Shown piece by piece: positions 10,688 through 23,196 of a stretch of DNA of 64,000 bases (positions are counted from its first letter, which is position 1; every line of letters starts with the position of its first letter). Location of the stretch: the NCBI GenBank assembly GCA_038248915.1, contig JBBRXB010000004.1, forward strand, positions 13,271 through 77,270, in the 5' to 3' direction. Source of the stretch: Candidatus Limnocylindrales bacterium (GTDB lineage Bacteria > Chloroflexota > Limnocylindria > Limnocylindrales > CSP1-4). The notes beneath the pieces were generated by a model that ran no database searches, had not been told where the DNA came from, and saw only the letters and a list, made by a program, of their open reading frames with translations. A program made the position numbers and the translations under genes.

Positions 10688-12412
10688 ATGATTCGAGTGC
10701 GCATCGGTGCGCTCTTCGCCGTGGCGACGATCGTCGCAACGGCATGCGGAGGAGCCACCACCAGTACGGCCCCGTCGACCGCGACCGCCCCGTCCACGGC
10801 ACCCGGTTCGACGGCGCCGTCCGAGGCCCCGTCGGCGTCAGCCGCGTCAGGCACCCCCAAGGCAGGCGGCGTCCTCGTCGTCGCCATCCCGAGTGACATC
10901 AAATGGACCGACTCGGCCCTGATCGATGACGCCAGCTCGTCCTACGTGCTTCAGAATGTCATGGAGACCCTGGTCACCCTCAAGCCCGGGACCGGCAGCG
11001 ACATCATCGGCGGACTCGCCGAGAGCTGGACGATCAGCCCCGACGGCCTGACCTACACGTTCAAGCTGCGGACCGGCGTCAAGTTCCAGGACGGGACCGA
11101 CTTCGATGCCGCCGCCGTGAAGTTCAACTACGATCGCTGGACCAGCATCCCGCAGACGTACAGCGACCTCGGCTACACGTACTACATCGACACGGTCCTG
11201 GGTCGCGGCGCCAAGAGCGACGTCGCGTCGACGGCCGCCCCCGATCCGACGACCTTCGTCCTGACCCTGAAGGCGCCGAACTCGGCGTTCCTGATCACCC
11301 AGACCCTGACCCCGTTCGGGATCGCCAGCCCGAAGGCTCTCAAGGACGGGGATGCCAGCGCCCCGGACTTCAAGAACAACAAGTACGCCCAGGGTGGGCC
11401 GCCGGCCGCGATCGGCACGGGCCCATTCGTCTACAAGGAGTGGGTCACTGGCGACCACGTCACGCTGACGAAGAATCCGACCTACTGGAACGCCGCCGCT
11501 GGCGGACCGTACGTCGATTCGATCACCTTCCGGCCGATCTCCGACCCGACGGCGACGCTCAACGCGCTGCAGTCGGGCGACATCGACCTCGCCCAGACGT
11601 TCGCCCCGGTGGACGTTCCGACGGTCAAGGCCGACACGAAGCTCCAGTTCTACGACCGCGGCAGCGCCTGCAACGTCGGCGTCCTGGCGATGAACCAGAC
11701 CCACAAGCCATTCGACAACCTGAAGATCCGTCAGGCGGTCGCCTACGCGATCAACCGTAAGGCGATCGTCGACGCCTACTTCGGTGACACCGGTGTCGTG
11801 CTCAAGAACTGGACCCCGCCGGGGACCATCTTCTCCAACGACCTGGCCGTCCCGGACTACAACCCGGACATGGCCAAGCAACTCATCACCGAGAGCGGTG
11901 TGACCGACCTGTCGTTCGATATGTGGTACCCGTCGTCGGTCAGCCGGCCGTACATGCCCGATCCCAAGGGCGAGTTCCAGGCCATCCAGACCGATCTCGA
12001 AGCGGTCGGCTTCAAGCCGAACCCCAAGACGGCACCCTGGAACCCGGATTACCTCGCGGCCGAGACCAAGGGGAGCTACCCTGCCTGGCTCATCGGCTGG
12101 AACTGCGACTGGCTCGGCATCGACAACTTCCTGAAGACCGCGTTCTTCGGGTACCAGAACGGGGTACCGAACCCCGAATACGCGTACAAGAACGACGCCA
12201 TGAACCAGGCGATGCTCGACGCCCTGGCCGCGTCGGACCCTGCGACCCAGCAGTCGAAGTGGACCGAGGCCCAGAACGACATCCTCGCCGACATGCCGTC
12301 CGTACCCATCGTGTCCGGCAAGACGCCGGCGGCCGCCCAGGTTTACGTGAAGGGCCTCATCCCCTCGCCTACGCTCCTGGAGCTGTTCACCGACGTGTGG
12401 CTCGACAAGTAG
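10688..12412 (+). CDS. Peptide/nickel ABC transporter substrate-binding lipoprotein (second paralogue)
   Basis: ATG 10688 preceded by AAGGAGGAGGAGG. Signal MIRVRIGALFAVATIVATACGG. Internal start in track ORF 10460..12412. Confidence 0.85.
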   Translation: MIRVRIGALFAVATIVATACGGATTSTAPSTATAPSTAPGSTAPSEAPSASAASGTPKAGGVLVVAIPSDIKWTDSALIDDASSSYVLQNVMETLVTLKPGTGSDIIGGLAESWTISPDGLTYTFKLRTGVKFQDGTDFDAAAVKFNYDRWTSIPQTYSDLGYTYYIDTVLGRGAKSDVASTAAPDPTTFVLTLKAPNSAFLITQTLTPFGIASPKALKDGDASAPDFKNNKYAQGGPPAAIGTGPFVYKEWVTGDHVTLTKNPTYWNAAAGGPYVDSITFRPISDPTATLNALQSGDIDLAQTFAPVDVPTVKADTKLQFYDRGSACNVGVLAMNQTHKPFDNLKIRQAVAYAINRKAIVDAYFGDTGVVLKNWTPPGTIFSNDLAVPDYNPDMAKQLITESGVTDLSFDMWYPSSVSRPYMPDPKGEFQAIQTDLEAVGFKPNPKTAPWNPDYLAAETKGSYPAWLIGWNCDWLGIDNFLKTAFFGYQNGVPNPEYAYKNDAMNQAMLDALAASDPATQQSKWTEAQNDILADMPSVPIVSGKTPAAAQVYVKGLIPSPTLLELFTDVWLDK

Positions 12413-12461
12413 TCGTGCGGGCCGGCGTCTCGCCGGTCCCCGGTCAGACCGTATAGCGTTG

Positions 12462-12492
12462 GATCCCCCGGCGGCGCCCGCCCCGGGGGATC
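12462..12492 (+). terminator. Stem-loop after the second SBP gene
   Basis: GATCCCCCGG (12462-12471) pairs with CCGGGGGATC (12483-12492). 10-bp perfect stem. Confidence 0.35.
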
Positions 12493-12528
12493 GCACTCAT
12501 CCGTACCGGACGAGGCGCGATCTGCGAC

Positions 12529-13533
12529 ATGCTTCGATTCATCGTTCGTCGCCTGCTCGGGGTGATCCCGGTCCTCTTCGGCCTGTCGATCCTCCTGTTC
12601 GCGTTCATCCACCTGCTGCCGGGTGATCCCGCGACGGCGATCCTGGGCCAGCATGCCACCGCCGAACGGGTCGCGGCCATGCGCGAGTACCTGGGCCTGA
12701 ACGACCCGCTCTGGCAGCAGTACCTCGCCTACCTCGACCGGATCCTCCATGGCGACCTGGGGGCCAGCATCATCAACAACCAGCCGGTCCTCCACGAGTT
12801 CCTGGTCCGCTTCCCGGCGACCATCGAGCTGACCGTTGCCGCGATGATCTTCGCGGCCGGCGTCGGTATCCCCCTCGGCCGGTTCGCGGCGCGGCACGCC
12901 CAGCACTGGCCGGACGGCGGCGTCACGATCGTGTCGCTGCTCGGCATCAGCATCCCGGTCTTCGTGCTCGGGCTGACCCTGCAGTACATCTTTGCCGTCC
13001 AGTTCGACCTGCTGCCGGCGTCGGGTCGGATCGACCCTCGGGCGGGTCTCGAGTTCCGGACCAACTTCGTCCTGATCGACTCGATCCTGATGGGCAGCCC
13101 GTCGCTCTTCATCGACGGGCTGAGCCATCTCATCCTGCCGGCCATCGCCCTGGGCTCGATCCCGCTCGCGATCATCACCCGGATCACTCGCGCGTCGGTC
13201 CTTGACGTCACCAACGAAGACTACGTCCGGACCGCCCGAGCGAAGGGCCTGGCCGAGCGCCGGATCAACTCGCGTCACATCATGCGCAACGCCTGGCTCC
13301 CAGTCGTGACCGTCCTCGGACTGCAGATCGGCGGCCTGCTCGGCGGGGCGGTCATCACGGAGACCGTCTTCGGCTGGGGCGGCGTCGGCACGTTCGCCGT
13401 CGATGCCATCTTCAACCGCGACTATTTCGTGATCCAGAATACGATCCTGATCTTCGCGGTCATCTTCCTGATGGTGAACCTGCTGGTCGACATCCTGTAT
13501 GCCGTCCTCAACCCACGGATCCGGTACGCCTAG
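12529..13533 (+). CDS. Peptide ABC transporter permease (OppB-like, second operon)
   Basis: 334 aa. MLRFIVRRLLGVIPVLFGLS N-terminus. Polytopic. Confidence 0.85.
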   Translation: MLRFIVRRLLGVIPVLFGLSILLFAFIHLLPGDPATAILGQHATAERVAAMREYLGLNDPLWQQYLAYLDRILHGDLGASIINNQPVLHEFLVRFPATIELTVAAMIFAAGVGIPLGRFAARHAQHWPDGGVTIVSLLGISIPVFVLGLTLQYIFAVQFDLLPASGRIDPRAGLEFRTNFVLIDSILMGSPSLFIDGLSHLILPAIALGSIPLAIITRITRASVLDVTNEDYVRTARAKGLAERRINSRHIMRNAWLPVVTVLGLQIGGLLGGAVITETVFGWGGVGTFAVDAIFNRDYFVIQNTILIFAVIFLMVNLLVDILYAVLNPRIRYA

Positions 13534-14423
13534 ATGGCTGCCCCGGCCGTTCCCGTCGGCCAGCCGATCGAGCGCCGCGCCAGTCGCGGCCTGTGGGGCG
13601 ATGCCGCCCGGCGCCTCATGCGGAACCGGCCCGCGCTGGTCGGCCTGGTGTTCATCGGCATCTTCGTCGCGGCCGCCATCCTCGCCCCGTTCATCGCCCC
13701 GTTCGGGCCGCTCGAGGGCGGGCTCGCCCAGCGGCTGCAGCCGCCGTCGACTGTGCACGTGATGGGCACCGACGCCCAGGGCCGCGACGAGTACAGCCGC
13801 GTACTCTTCGGCGCCCAGGTCAGCCTGATCGCCGGCATCGCCTCGGTCATCATGGGTGTCACGATCGGTGGCTCTATCGGAGCGCTGGCCGGCGGCGTGG
13901 GCGGCAAGCTCGACGCGGTCCTGATGCGGTTCGTCGACGCGATGCTGGCCGTCCCCGGGATCCTGCTCGCGATCGGGATCGTGGCGTTCCTTGGCCGGGG
14001 GCTACCACAGATCATGTTCGCCGTGGCCGTGGTCAACGTTCCGATCTTCGCCCGGATCCTGCGTGGCAGCCTGCTGTCGCTGCGTGAATCTGACTACGTC
14101 ACGGCGGCCCGCTCGATCGGCGCGAGCGGACCGCGGGTCCTGGTCCGGCACATGCTCCCGAACTCATTGTCGCCACTGATCGTCGCGGCGACTCTGGCGC
14201 TCGCGACGGCCATCATCGACGTCGCGGGCCTCGGGTTCCTCGGCCTCGGACCGCCCGATCCGCGGACGCCCGAGTGGGGCACGATGCTGACCGACGCGAC
14301 GAAATTCATCCGCCAGGCGCCGTGGTTGTTGTTCTTCCCGGGCGCGGCCATCGTCATCAGCGCGATCGGGTTCAATCTGCTCGGCGATGGTCTGCGCGAA
14401 TCGCTCGATCCGCGGATGCGCCG

Positions 14424-14427
<4 letters not shown>
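13534..14427 (+). CDS. Peptide ABC transporter permease (OppC-like, second operon)
   Basis: 297 aa. Starts immediately after the upstream stop. HVMGTDAQGRDEYSRVL motif. Confidence 0.85.
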
Positions 14428-16836
<2,409 letters not shown>

Positions 16837-16846
16837 CGGCCATCGG

Positions 16847-18688
16847 TCAGCCAGCCGGCTTCGCCGGTGGGTGCAGGAAGCCGCCGAACCACGAGGCGAA
16901 GGTCGGGAACGTGCTCGTCCGTCCGAGATGGCGCGGGTTGTCGGCATCCCACTGGACCGCGAAGCTGGCCAGGACATCGCCCGCGTCGAGACGTGATCCG
17001 TCGTCGAAGAGGACACCACGGCGCAGGGTGCAGGTCCAGATCGTGAGCGCGCCGTTCGGCGCGCATCGTTCCGCGAGCGACGGCACGACCCCCGCGCTCC
17101 CGCGGTCGTAGGTGTACAGACTGTCGACCACCTGCGAGCAGACGAGCATCGCTATACGATCGGTCTCGTCGGCGCAGTACAGGCCGGCCGGTTCCGCGCT
17201 CGTCAACCACACGAATTGGCGGCGGTCGCCGGGCGTCATCGTCGCGAACCGCTCGAGGCCCAGCGGGGATGCGCCGGCGCCCTCGACGTCGGCGAGGTAG
17301 GCCGTCGACGAGCCGGTCCGGGCGACCGGGATCATCGGGACGTGCGCCCGGATGAGGTCGTTGACCTTGCCATAGGCCGCATCGCGCTTGGGCCCACTGG
17401 CCGTCCCGTTCCCGGCGGCGAGGGCCCTGCCGATGTCGGCGAACGGCGTGCCAAAGGCCTTGCTGGCCCGCGGCCCGAAGGTCGGATCGAGGAACGCACT
17501 GACATCGGGATAGGTCGCGGTCTGGCCGTCGAGGTAGATGCCCGGCATCGTGCCGGCATCGATGGCGGCGAGATAGGTGTCGTCCGGCTCCACGACGAGG
17601 GTCGCCTGGATCCCGAGATTCGCGAGCAGCTGGGCCTGGAGCTCCGTGGCGACGCCGGCCGGATCGGGCAGGTAGGGCCGTGCTGCGGCCGCGTAGTGGA
17701 TGGTCGTCTGGAGGCCCTTCGGGTAGCCGGCCGCGGCCAGCGTCTCGCGGGCCAGGGCCGGATCAAAGGTGTACCAGTCCGCGCCGCTGCAAGCGTGTGG
17801 GATGGCGCACGGAGCGTACTTGGAGGCCAGCTCCGAGCCCGGCGGGAAGAACGCGTCGACCAGCTTCTGGCGGTCGATCCCGAGGGCCAGCGCCTGGCGG
17901 ATCTTCTCGTTGCCAAAGGGCCCGATCGTATCGGTGAAGCCGAGATAGAAGACGTTCAGACCCGGGCGCACGGCAGGCACGAGGCTGACGTCGCCGTCGA
18001 TCGTCGCGGCCCCGGTCGGATCGATGTCGTCGATGCCATCGACCGTGCCCGCCTCGAGCTCGTTCACGCGCTTGGCCGATCCGTCGCTCCAGCGGACGAT
18101 GAGGCGCTCGTTGCGGGCGCTCGTGGCCCAGTAGCTGTCGTACCGGGCGAGGCTGATCTCCGTCCCGCGATCCCAGCCCTCGACCTTGTACGGCCCGGTC
18201 CCGTTGACCTCGGTGACGATCGCCTGCGGGTCGGCCGTGCCTGGCTGGACGTGGTGGGTCAACCACGCGGAATCGTTGATGCCGAAGGCCGGCGAGGCGA
18301 TCTTCGACAGGAACGCCACATCCGGCCGGCACAGCTCGAAGACGACGGTCCTGGCATCCTTGGCCCGGATCCGCTTGAGCTCGCCCCTGTAGGCGGCGTG
18401 GGCTGCGTCCGGCGGCTTGGCCTGACCGCACGGCGCGTCGCCATCGGACGGATAGCTGGCCGGGGCGAAGGCGCCGGCGTTCGGTATCGGGGTCGTTCGT
18501 GGCGGGGTCGGGGAGGGGACCGTCTCGACGATCGGTGGGACCGTCGTGTTGCAGGCGGCCAGCACGAACGCGAGGACCAGCAGGCGGCTGGCGACATTCC
18601 CGGTCCCGCGAGCGGCTGACAAGGCTCCCAGGTGCTCCTGCTGCGCGCGTGACGGCCCCCGGCACCCGCGTCGCCCGGCAGGGAGCAT
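16847..18688 (-). CDS. Orphan family-5 (peptide/nickel) ABC substrate-binding lipoprotein
   Basis: ATG at 18688 inside track ORF 16847..18883. Signal ..VASRLLVLAFVLAACNT. Convergent with the second Opp-like operon. Confidence 0.8.
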   Translation of the reverse strand: MLPAGRRGCRGPSRAQQEHLGALSAARGTGNVASRLLVLAFVLAACNTTVPPIVETVPSPTPPRTTPIPNAGAFAPASYPSDGDAPCGQAKPPDAAHAAYRGELKRIRAKDARTVVFELCRPDVAFLSKIASPAFGINDSAWLTHHVQPGTADPQAIVTEVNGTGPYKVEGWDRGTEISLARYDSYWATSARNERLIVRWSDGSAKRVNELEAGTVDGIDDIDPTGAATIDGDVSLVPAVRPGLNVFYLGFTDTIGPFGNEKIRQALALGIDRQKLVDAFFPPGSELASKYAPCAIPHACSGADWYTFDPALARETLAAAGYPKGLQTTIHYAAAARPYLPDPAGVATELQAQLLANLGIQATLVVEPDDTYLAAIDAGTMPGIYLDGQTATYPDVSAFLDPTFGPRASKAFGTPFADIGRALAAGNGTASGPKRDAAYGKVNDLIRAHVPMIPVARTGSSTAYLADVEGAGASPLGLERFATMTPGDRRQFVWLTSAEPAGLYCADETDRIAMLVCSQVVDSLYTYDRGSAGVVPSLAERCAPNGALTIWTCTLRRGVLFDDGSRLDAGDVLASFAVQWDADNPRHLGRTSTFPTFASWFGGFLHPPAKPAG

Positions 18689-18793
18689 CACGAGCGTCCG
18701 GAGCCTAGCATCGGCCGGGCGCGGACGTCGAAGCGACACGGCGTGGGCCGGGCTGCCGTTCCTCCCGAGCGTCCCGTGACGAGGGCTTCGCGT

Positions 18794-19804
18794 ATGCTCC
18801 GGAGCGTGCAGACGCTGACCATCGCGCTCGCCCAGATCGCTCCCAAGCTGGGCGCGCTCGAGACCAACCTGGCGACCCATCACCGCCTCCTCGACGAGGC
18901 GCGGACGAAGGGCGCGGACCTGGTCGTCTTCCCGGAGCTGGGTCTGACCGGCTACCAGCTCCAGGATCTCGCCTCGGAGCTCGCGATGCGGCTGGACGAT
19001 CCGCGGCTGGCGAGGCTGGCCGGCGCGACCCGGGGCCTGTCGGCGGTCGTGTCATTCGTCGAGGAATCGGCCGACCACCGCCTGTTCATCGCGGCGGCAC
19101 TGCTCGAGGACGGCGAGATCCGTCACGTCCACCGGAAGCTCTTCCTGCCGACATACGGCCTGTTCGACGAGCGACGGTTCTTCGCCGCCGGTGACGTGCT
19201 GCGGGCCGTCCCGTCGCGGCTGGGGATCGGCATCGGGATCGGCGTATGCGAGGACTTCTGGCATCTGCCCGTCCCGCAGCTGCTGGCCCTCGACGGCGCG
19301 CAGATCCTCATCAACGTGTCGTCGTCGCCAGGTCGTGACCTGGCCGCCAGCAACGAGGTCGGGCTCGGCACGGCGACCTCTTGGCGGATCCTGATGCGGA
19401 CCTATGCCCAGCTGACCACCTCGTTCGTCGTCTTCTGCAACCGCGTGGGCGTGGACGAGTCGATCTCGTTCTGGGGTGGCTCAGAGGTCATCGGACCGAG
19501 CGGCCAGGCCGTCTTCAGCGCCCCGCTCTACGACGAGGGGCTGTTCACGGTGGCCATCGCCCCGGCCGACATCCGGCGCGAGCGGATCGCGCTGCCACTG
19601 CTGCGTGATGAGCGCCCGGAGCTCAACGTCCGTGAACTGCAACGGATCGTCGCCGAGCGCTCCGGGCTCGCCGGCGACTCGACCAGCGACGCAGCTGCCG
19701 AGCTCGGGCTCGATGTCGCGCCGGCGGAGCCGCCGTCCGAACCCATCGGTTTCCGGACCCGTCGTGCAGGCACCGCCCGCCCGGTCGTCGATCGCGGCGC
19801 CTGA
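18794..19804 (+). CDS. Carbon-nitrogen hydrolase (nitrilase superfamily); probable glutaminase partner of NadE
   Basis: ATG 18794. Catalytic-triad context FPELGLTGY (Glu) and GVCEDFWH (Cys). Ends 2 nt before nadE. Confidence 0.8.
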   Translation: MLRSVQTLTIALAQIAPKLGALETNLATHHRLLDEARTKGADLVVFPELGLTGYQLQDLASELAMRLDDPRLARLAGATRGLSAVVSFVEESADHRLFIAAALLEDGEIRHVHRKLFLPTYGLFDERRFFAAGDVLRAVPSRLGIGIGIGVCEDFWHLPVPQLLALDGAQILINVSSSPGRDLAASNEVGLGTATSWRILMRTYAQLTTSFVVFCNRVGVDESISFWGGSEVIGPSGQAVFSAPLYDEGLFTVAIAPADIRRERIALPLLRDERPELNVRELQRIVAERSGLAGDSTSDAAAELGLDVAPAEPPSEPIGFRTRRAGTARPVVDRGA

Positions 19805-19806
19805 CC

Positions 19807-20706
19807 GTGGACGAGATCGCCACGGATGCGCCGTTCGAGCTGCCTCCGGAGCTCGCCATCGACACCGCTGTCGCGCGCCGCGTCATCGCCGAGTTCATCC
19901 GCGGCCAGCTCGAGCAGGCGGGCTTCGAGCGGGCGGTCCTCGGGCTGTCGGGCGGCATCGATTCGGCGGTCGTCGCCCATCTCACGGCGGAGGCGATCGG
20001 CCCGGAGCGCCTCCTGTCGGTTATGCTGCCATATCGCCACTCATCGCCCGCCTCGCGCGTGGACGCCGAGTCGGTCATCGCCGGGCTGGGCTGCGCCAGC
20101 GACCTGGTCGAGATCAGCGCGATGGTCGACGGCTATTTCGGGACGGGTGAGATAGCCGGGGCGAGCGGCTCCGAAGGGCTCGCCGCCAGCCCGCTGCGCC
20201 GGGGCAACTTCGCCGCCCGGATGCGGATGGCCGCGTTGTACGACCGGTCCGTGACGTGGGGCGGTCTCGTCGTGGGGACGAGCAACAAGACCGAATCCCT
20301 CATCGGCTATACGACGCTGTTCGGCGATTCGGCCTGCGCGTTCAACCCGATCGGCGACCTGTACAAGAGCCAGATCCGCCAGCTGGCCGTCGCGCTCGGC
20401 GTCCCCGACGCGGTCATCCGCAAGGCGCCCTCGGCGGATCTGTGGCCGGGCCAGACCGACGAGACCGAGGGGGGCTTTTCGTACCCGGTCCTCGACCGCC
20501 TGCTGTTCTGGCGGGTCGACAAACGACGATCGATCGAGGAGATGGCAGAGCTCGGCTTCGAGTCGGCGATGGTGGAGCGCGTCGACCGGATGATCGCCGG
20601 GGCCGAGTTCAAGCGCCAGGTGCCGCCGATCGCCAAGCTCGGGCCGCGGACGGCCGGGGTGGACTACCTCTATCCAAGGCGCCGGCCGGGGTCCTCGCGC
20701 GGGTGA
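19807..20706 (+). CDS. nadE: NAD+ synthetase, synthetase domain only
   Basis: GTG start. PP-loop GLSGGIDSAV. GTSNKTE and SADLWPGQTDE motifs. Confidence 0.9.
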   Translation: MDEIATDAPFELPPELAIDTAVARRVIAEFIRGQLEQAGFERAVLGLSGGIDSAVVAHLTAEAIGPERLLSVMLPYRHSSPASRVDAESVIAGLGCASDLVEISAMVDGYFGTGEIAGASGSEGLAASPLRRGNFAARMRMAALYDRSVTWGGLVVGTSNKTESLIGYTTLFGDSACAFNPIGDLYKSQIRQLAVALGVPDAVIRKAPSADLWPGQTDETEGGFSYPVLDRLLFWRVDKRRSIEEMAELGFESAMVERVDRMIAGAEFKRQVPPIAKLGPRTAGVDYLYPRRRPGSSRG

Positions 20707-21578
20707 CGGAGGCCGAGGCCGCGACAGGGCGGGGGACCCTCTACGTGGTCGCCACGCCGATCGGCAACCTGGCGGACATCACGCTGCGAGCGCTCGAGGT
20801 CCTGCGTGTCGTCACGCTCATCGCGGCCGAGGACACCCGGCACACGCGCCGGATGCTCGATCGGCACGGGATCGAGACCCGCATGACGAGCTATCACGCC
20901 CAGAGCGGGCCCGGCCGGGAGACCGCCCTGCTGGAGCATCTCCGTGGCGGTGCGGACCTCGCGCTGGTGACCGATGCCGGGACGCCGGTCGTCAGCGACC
21001 CGGGCGCGGAGCTGGTCGCGGCCTGGGCGGCCGAGGGCGGGAGCGTCGTCCCGTTGCCCGGGGCGTCGGCCGTGCTGGCGGCGGTCGTGGCGTCCGGCGT
21101 CGCGGGGCCGCGCTGGGCGTTCGAGGGGTTCCTGCCCCGGACCGGCGGCGAGCGGGCCGAACGGCTCGGGCGCATCGCGGACGACGACCGCGGAACCGTG
21201 CTGTTCGAGGCGCCGGGCCGGGTCGCCGCCACGTTGCGCGACCTGGCCGGGGCCTGCGGTCCGGACCGGTCCGCGGCCGTCTGTCGCGAACTGACCAAGG
21301 TCCACGAGACGATCGTTCGCGGCACGCTCGGCGAGCTCACGGCGGCCGCAGCCGACGGCACGATCCCGGCACGTGGCGAGTTCGTGCTCGTTGTCGGGTC
21401 TTGGCCGCACGGCCGACCGGTCTCGGCGGAAGATGCCGCCACTACGCTGGATGCCGCGCGCGCCCAGGTCGAGGCGCTTGTGACGGCCGGTGTCGCGCGC
21501 GGCGAGGCCGCTCGACGCGTGGCGGCGGCCACCGGCCTGCCGCGTCGGCGCCTCTACGGACTCGACTCGGCTCGCTAG
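20703..21578 (+). CDS. rsmI: 16S rRNA (cytidine1402-2'-O)-methyltransferase
   Basis: GTG 20703 overlaps the nadE stop. GTLYVVATPIGNLADITLRALEVL and AEDTRHT motifs are typical of RsmI. Confidence 0.85.
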   Translation: MTEAEAATGRGTLYVVATPIGNLADITLRALEVLRVVTLIAAEDTRHTRRMLDRHGIETRMTSYHAQSGPGRETALLEHLRGGADLALVTDAGTPVVSDPGAELVAAWAAEGGSVVPLPGASAVLAAVVASGVAGPRWAFEGFLPRTGGERAERLGRIADDDRGTVLFEAPGRVAATLRDLAGACGPDRSAAVCRELTKVHETIVRGTLGELTAAAADGTIPARGEFVLVVGSWPHGRPVSAEDAATTLDAARAQVEALVTAGVARGEAARRVAAATGLPRRRLYGLDSAR

Positions 21579-21587
21579 GATGGCGGC

Positions 21588-22715
21588 ATGACCGCCCCGA
21601 CCACCCCTCGCTCCGGTCTCCCGATCCTCGGCCAGCTGTCGCGATTGGCGGCCGTATCGCTCGTCGTGACCGTCGTCCTGAGCCTCCTGGCGATCGTGCT
21701 CGACTTCGGCCTGCATGCCAGCGAGACGATCCTGTTCGTCGTCTCGGCCGCGGCGATCCTTGGCCTGGCGTGGGTGGTAGGCCTGTCGACCGAGCGGCTC
21801 GGGTCGATGACGGGACCGCAGGTCGGCGGCATCCTCAACGCGACGTTTGGCAACATCGCCGAGCTGATCATCGGGTTCTTCGCCCTGCAGGCAGGTCTGA
21901 TCGAGGTCGTCAAGGCGTCGCTGACCGGCTCCATCATCGGCAACCTGCTGCTCGTCATGGGCCTCAGTGCGTTGATCGGGGGCCTGAAGAACGGTCCGCA
22001 GCACTTCAGTCCCAAGATCGCCGTCTCGAACGCCGCGCTGCTCGTTCTCGCGCTCATCGGCCTGTTCGTACCCGCCATCTTCGCGTTGACGACGCTCGAT
22101 CGGGCGCCGGGCTCCATCACGGAGGAGTCGGTCCTGGTGTCGATCGTGCTGATCATCGGCTACGTGCTGTCGCTGATCTATCAGTTCACCCACCCGGACG
22201 TGACGCTGAGCAATGCTGGCGAAGCCGAAGAGCATGCTGGACCGGCGTGGAGCGGCCGGGTCGCCATCGTGGTCCTGCTCGGGGCGGCAGCCCTGCTGGC
22301 CGTCCTGTCGGAGATCCTCGTGGCATCGATCGAGCCATTCATCGCGAGCTTCGGCCTGTCGTTCTTCTTCGTGGGCGTGGTCATCATCCCGACCATCGGC
22401 AACCTGGCCGAGCATCTGGTGTCGGTCCAGCTGGCGGCCAAGAACAAGATGGAGTTCGCCCTCGCGGTGACCTTCGGGTCCAGCCTCCAGATCGCCCTGT
22501 TCGTGGCGCCGGTGCTGGTCCTCCTCGGGGTGTTGCTCGGACAGGACATGAACCTCGTGTTCACGCCGCTCGAGATCGCCGCGGTGGCCGCCGCCGTCGG
22601 GATCAGCTCCCTGATCGCCATCGACGGTGAGACGAACTGGCTGGAAGGGGCGCTCCTGACGCTCGTCTACGCGATCCTCGCGATCTCGTTCTTCGAGTTC
22701 GTCCCGACCCCGTAG
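21588..22715 (+). CDS. CaCA-family cation (Ca2+)/H+ antiporter
   Basis: 375 aa, polytopic. Two alpha-repeat signatures: GNIAELIIG and GNLAEHLVS. Confidence 0.85.
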   Translation: MTAPTTPRSGLPILGQLSRLAAVSLVVTVVLSLLAIVLDFGLHASETILFVVSAAAILGLAWVVGLSTERLGSMTGPQVGGILNATFGNIAELIIGFFALQAGLIEVVKASLTGSIIGNLLLVMGLSALIGGLKNGPQHFSPKIAVSNAALLVLALIGLFVPAIFALTTLDRAPGSITEESVLVSIVLIIGYVLSLIYQFTHPDVTLSNAGEAEEHAGPAWSGRVAIVVLLGAAALLAVLSEILVASIEPFIASFGLSFFFVGVVIIPTIGNLAEHLVSVQLAAKNKMEFALAVTFGSSLQIALFVAPVLVLLGVLLGQDMNLVFTPLEIAAVAAAVGISSLIAIDGETNWLEGALLTLVYAILAISFFEFVPTP

Positions 22716-22785
22716 GTCGCGCCAGGCGTGAGGGGCGACGGCGCGGAGGGGACGCGCCGCCGCCATGGGAACTTCGGTGCGGTGC

Positions 22786-23144
22786 TCAGGCCGCGGCTGT
22801 GGCGGCCTCCGCCTCGGCGTCGTCGACGACGAGCGCCTCGTCCTCGTCATCCTCGTCGTCGTCCGACGTGCCCGGGTCGAACGCCGACTCGGGGATGGGC
22901 TCCGAGGCCGGGATCTCGCCGAGCGCCTGCGCCTGGTCCGCCAGCGAATCGGCGGCCTGCTGGGCCTCGTAGTCCTTCTTGCGCCGGCCAGACAGCATCT
23001 CGACGTGCCCGGCGACGATCTCGGTCTTCCAGTGCCGGGCGCCCTTGTCATCGTCCCACGAGCGGGTCTGGAGGCGGCCCTCGACGGCCACCTGCTGGCC
23101 CTTGCCCAGATAGCGGCCGGCGATCTCGGCCAGGCGGTCCCAGG
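22786..23144 (-). pseudogene. ssb: ssb paralogue, 3' piece (codons 60-177 of the reconstructed gene)
   Basis: Minus strand reads [50 protein letters not shown] followed by an acidic tail. SSB-like sequence stops at CCCAGG (23139-23144). The rest of track ORF 22786..23235 is not SSB-like. Confidence 0.8.
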
Positions 23145-23167
23145 TCTGACGTATACTTGGTCGTATT
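23139..23167. repeat. attL of the 12.3-kb element
   Basis: CCCAGG-tctgacgtat-ACTTGGTCGTATT. The 13-mer is the exact reverse complement of 35442-35454. Confidence 0.75.
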
Positions 23168-23196
23168 CGTCGATCCGTCAACGGAGCGAACCGAAC

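Noticed and set aside
22765-23196. N-terminal extension of the first LSR in track ORF 22765..24462.
   Set aside because: The extension runs antisense through the ssb 3' piece and across the attL junction. The recombinase homology (YGYIRKS) starts right after ATG 23197, which has a GGAG RBS.
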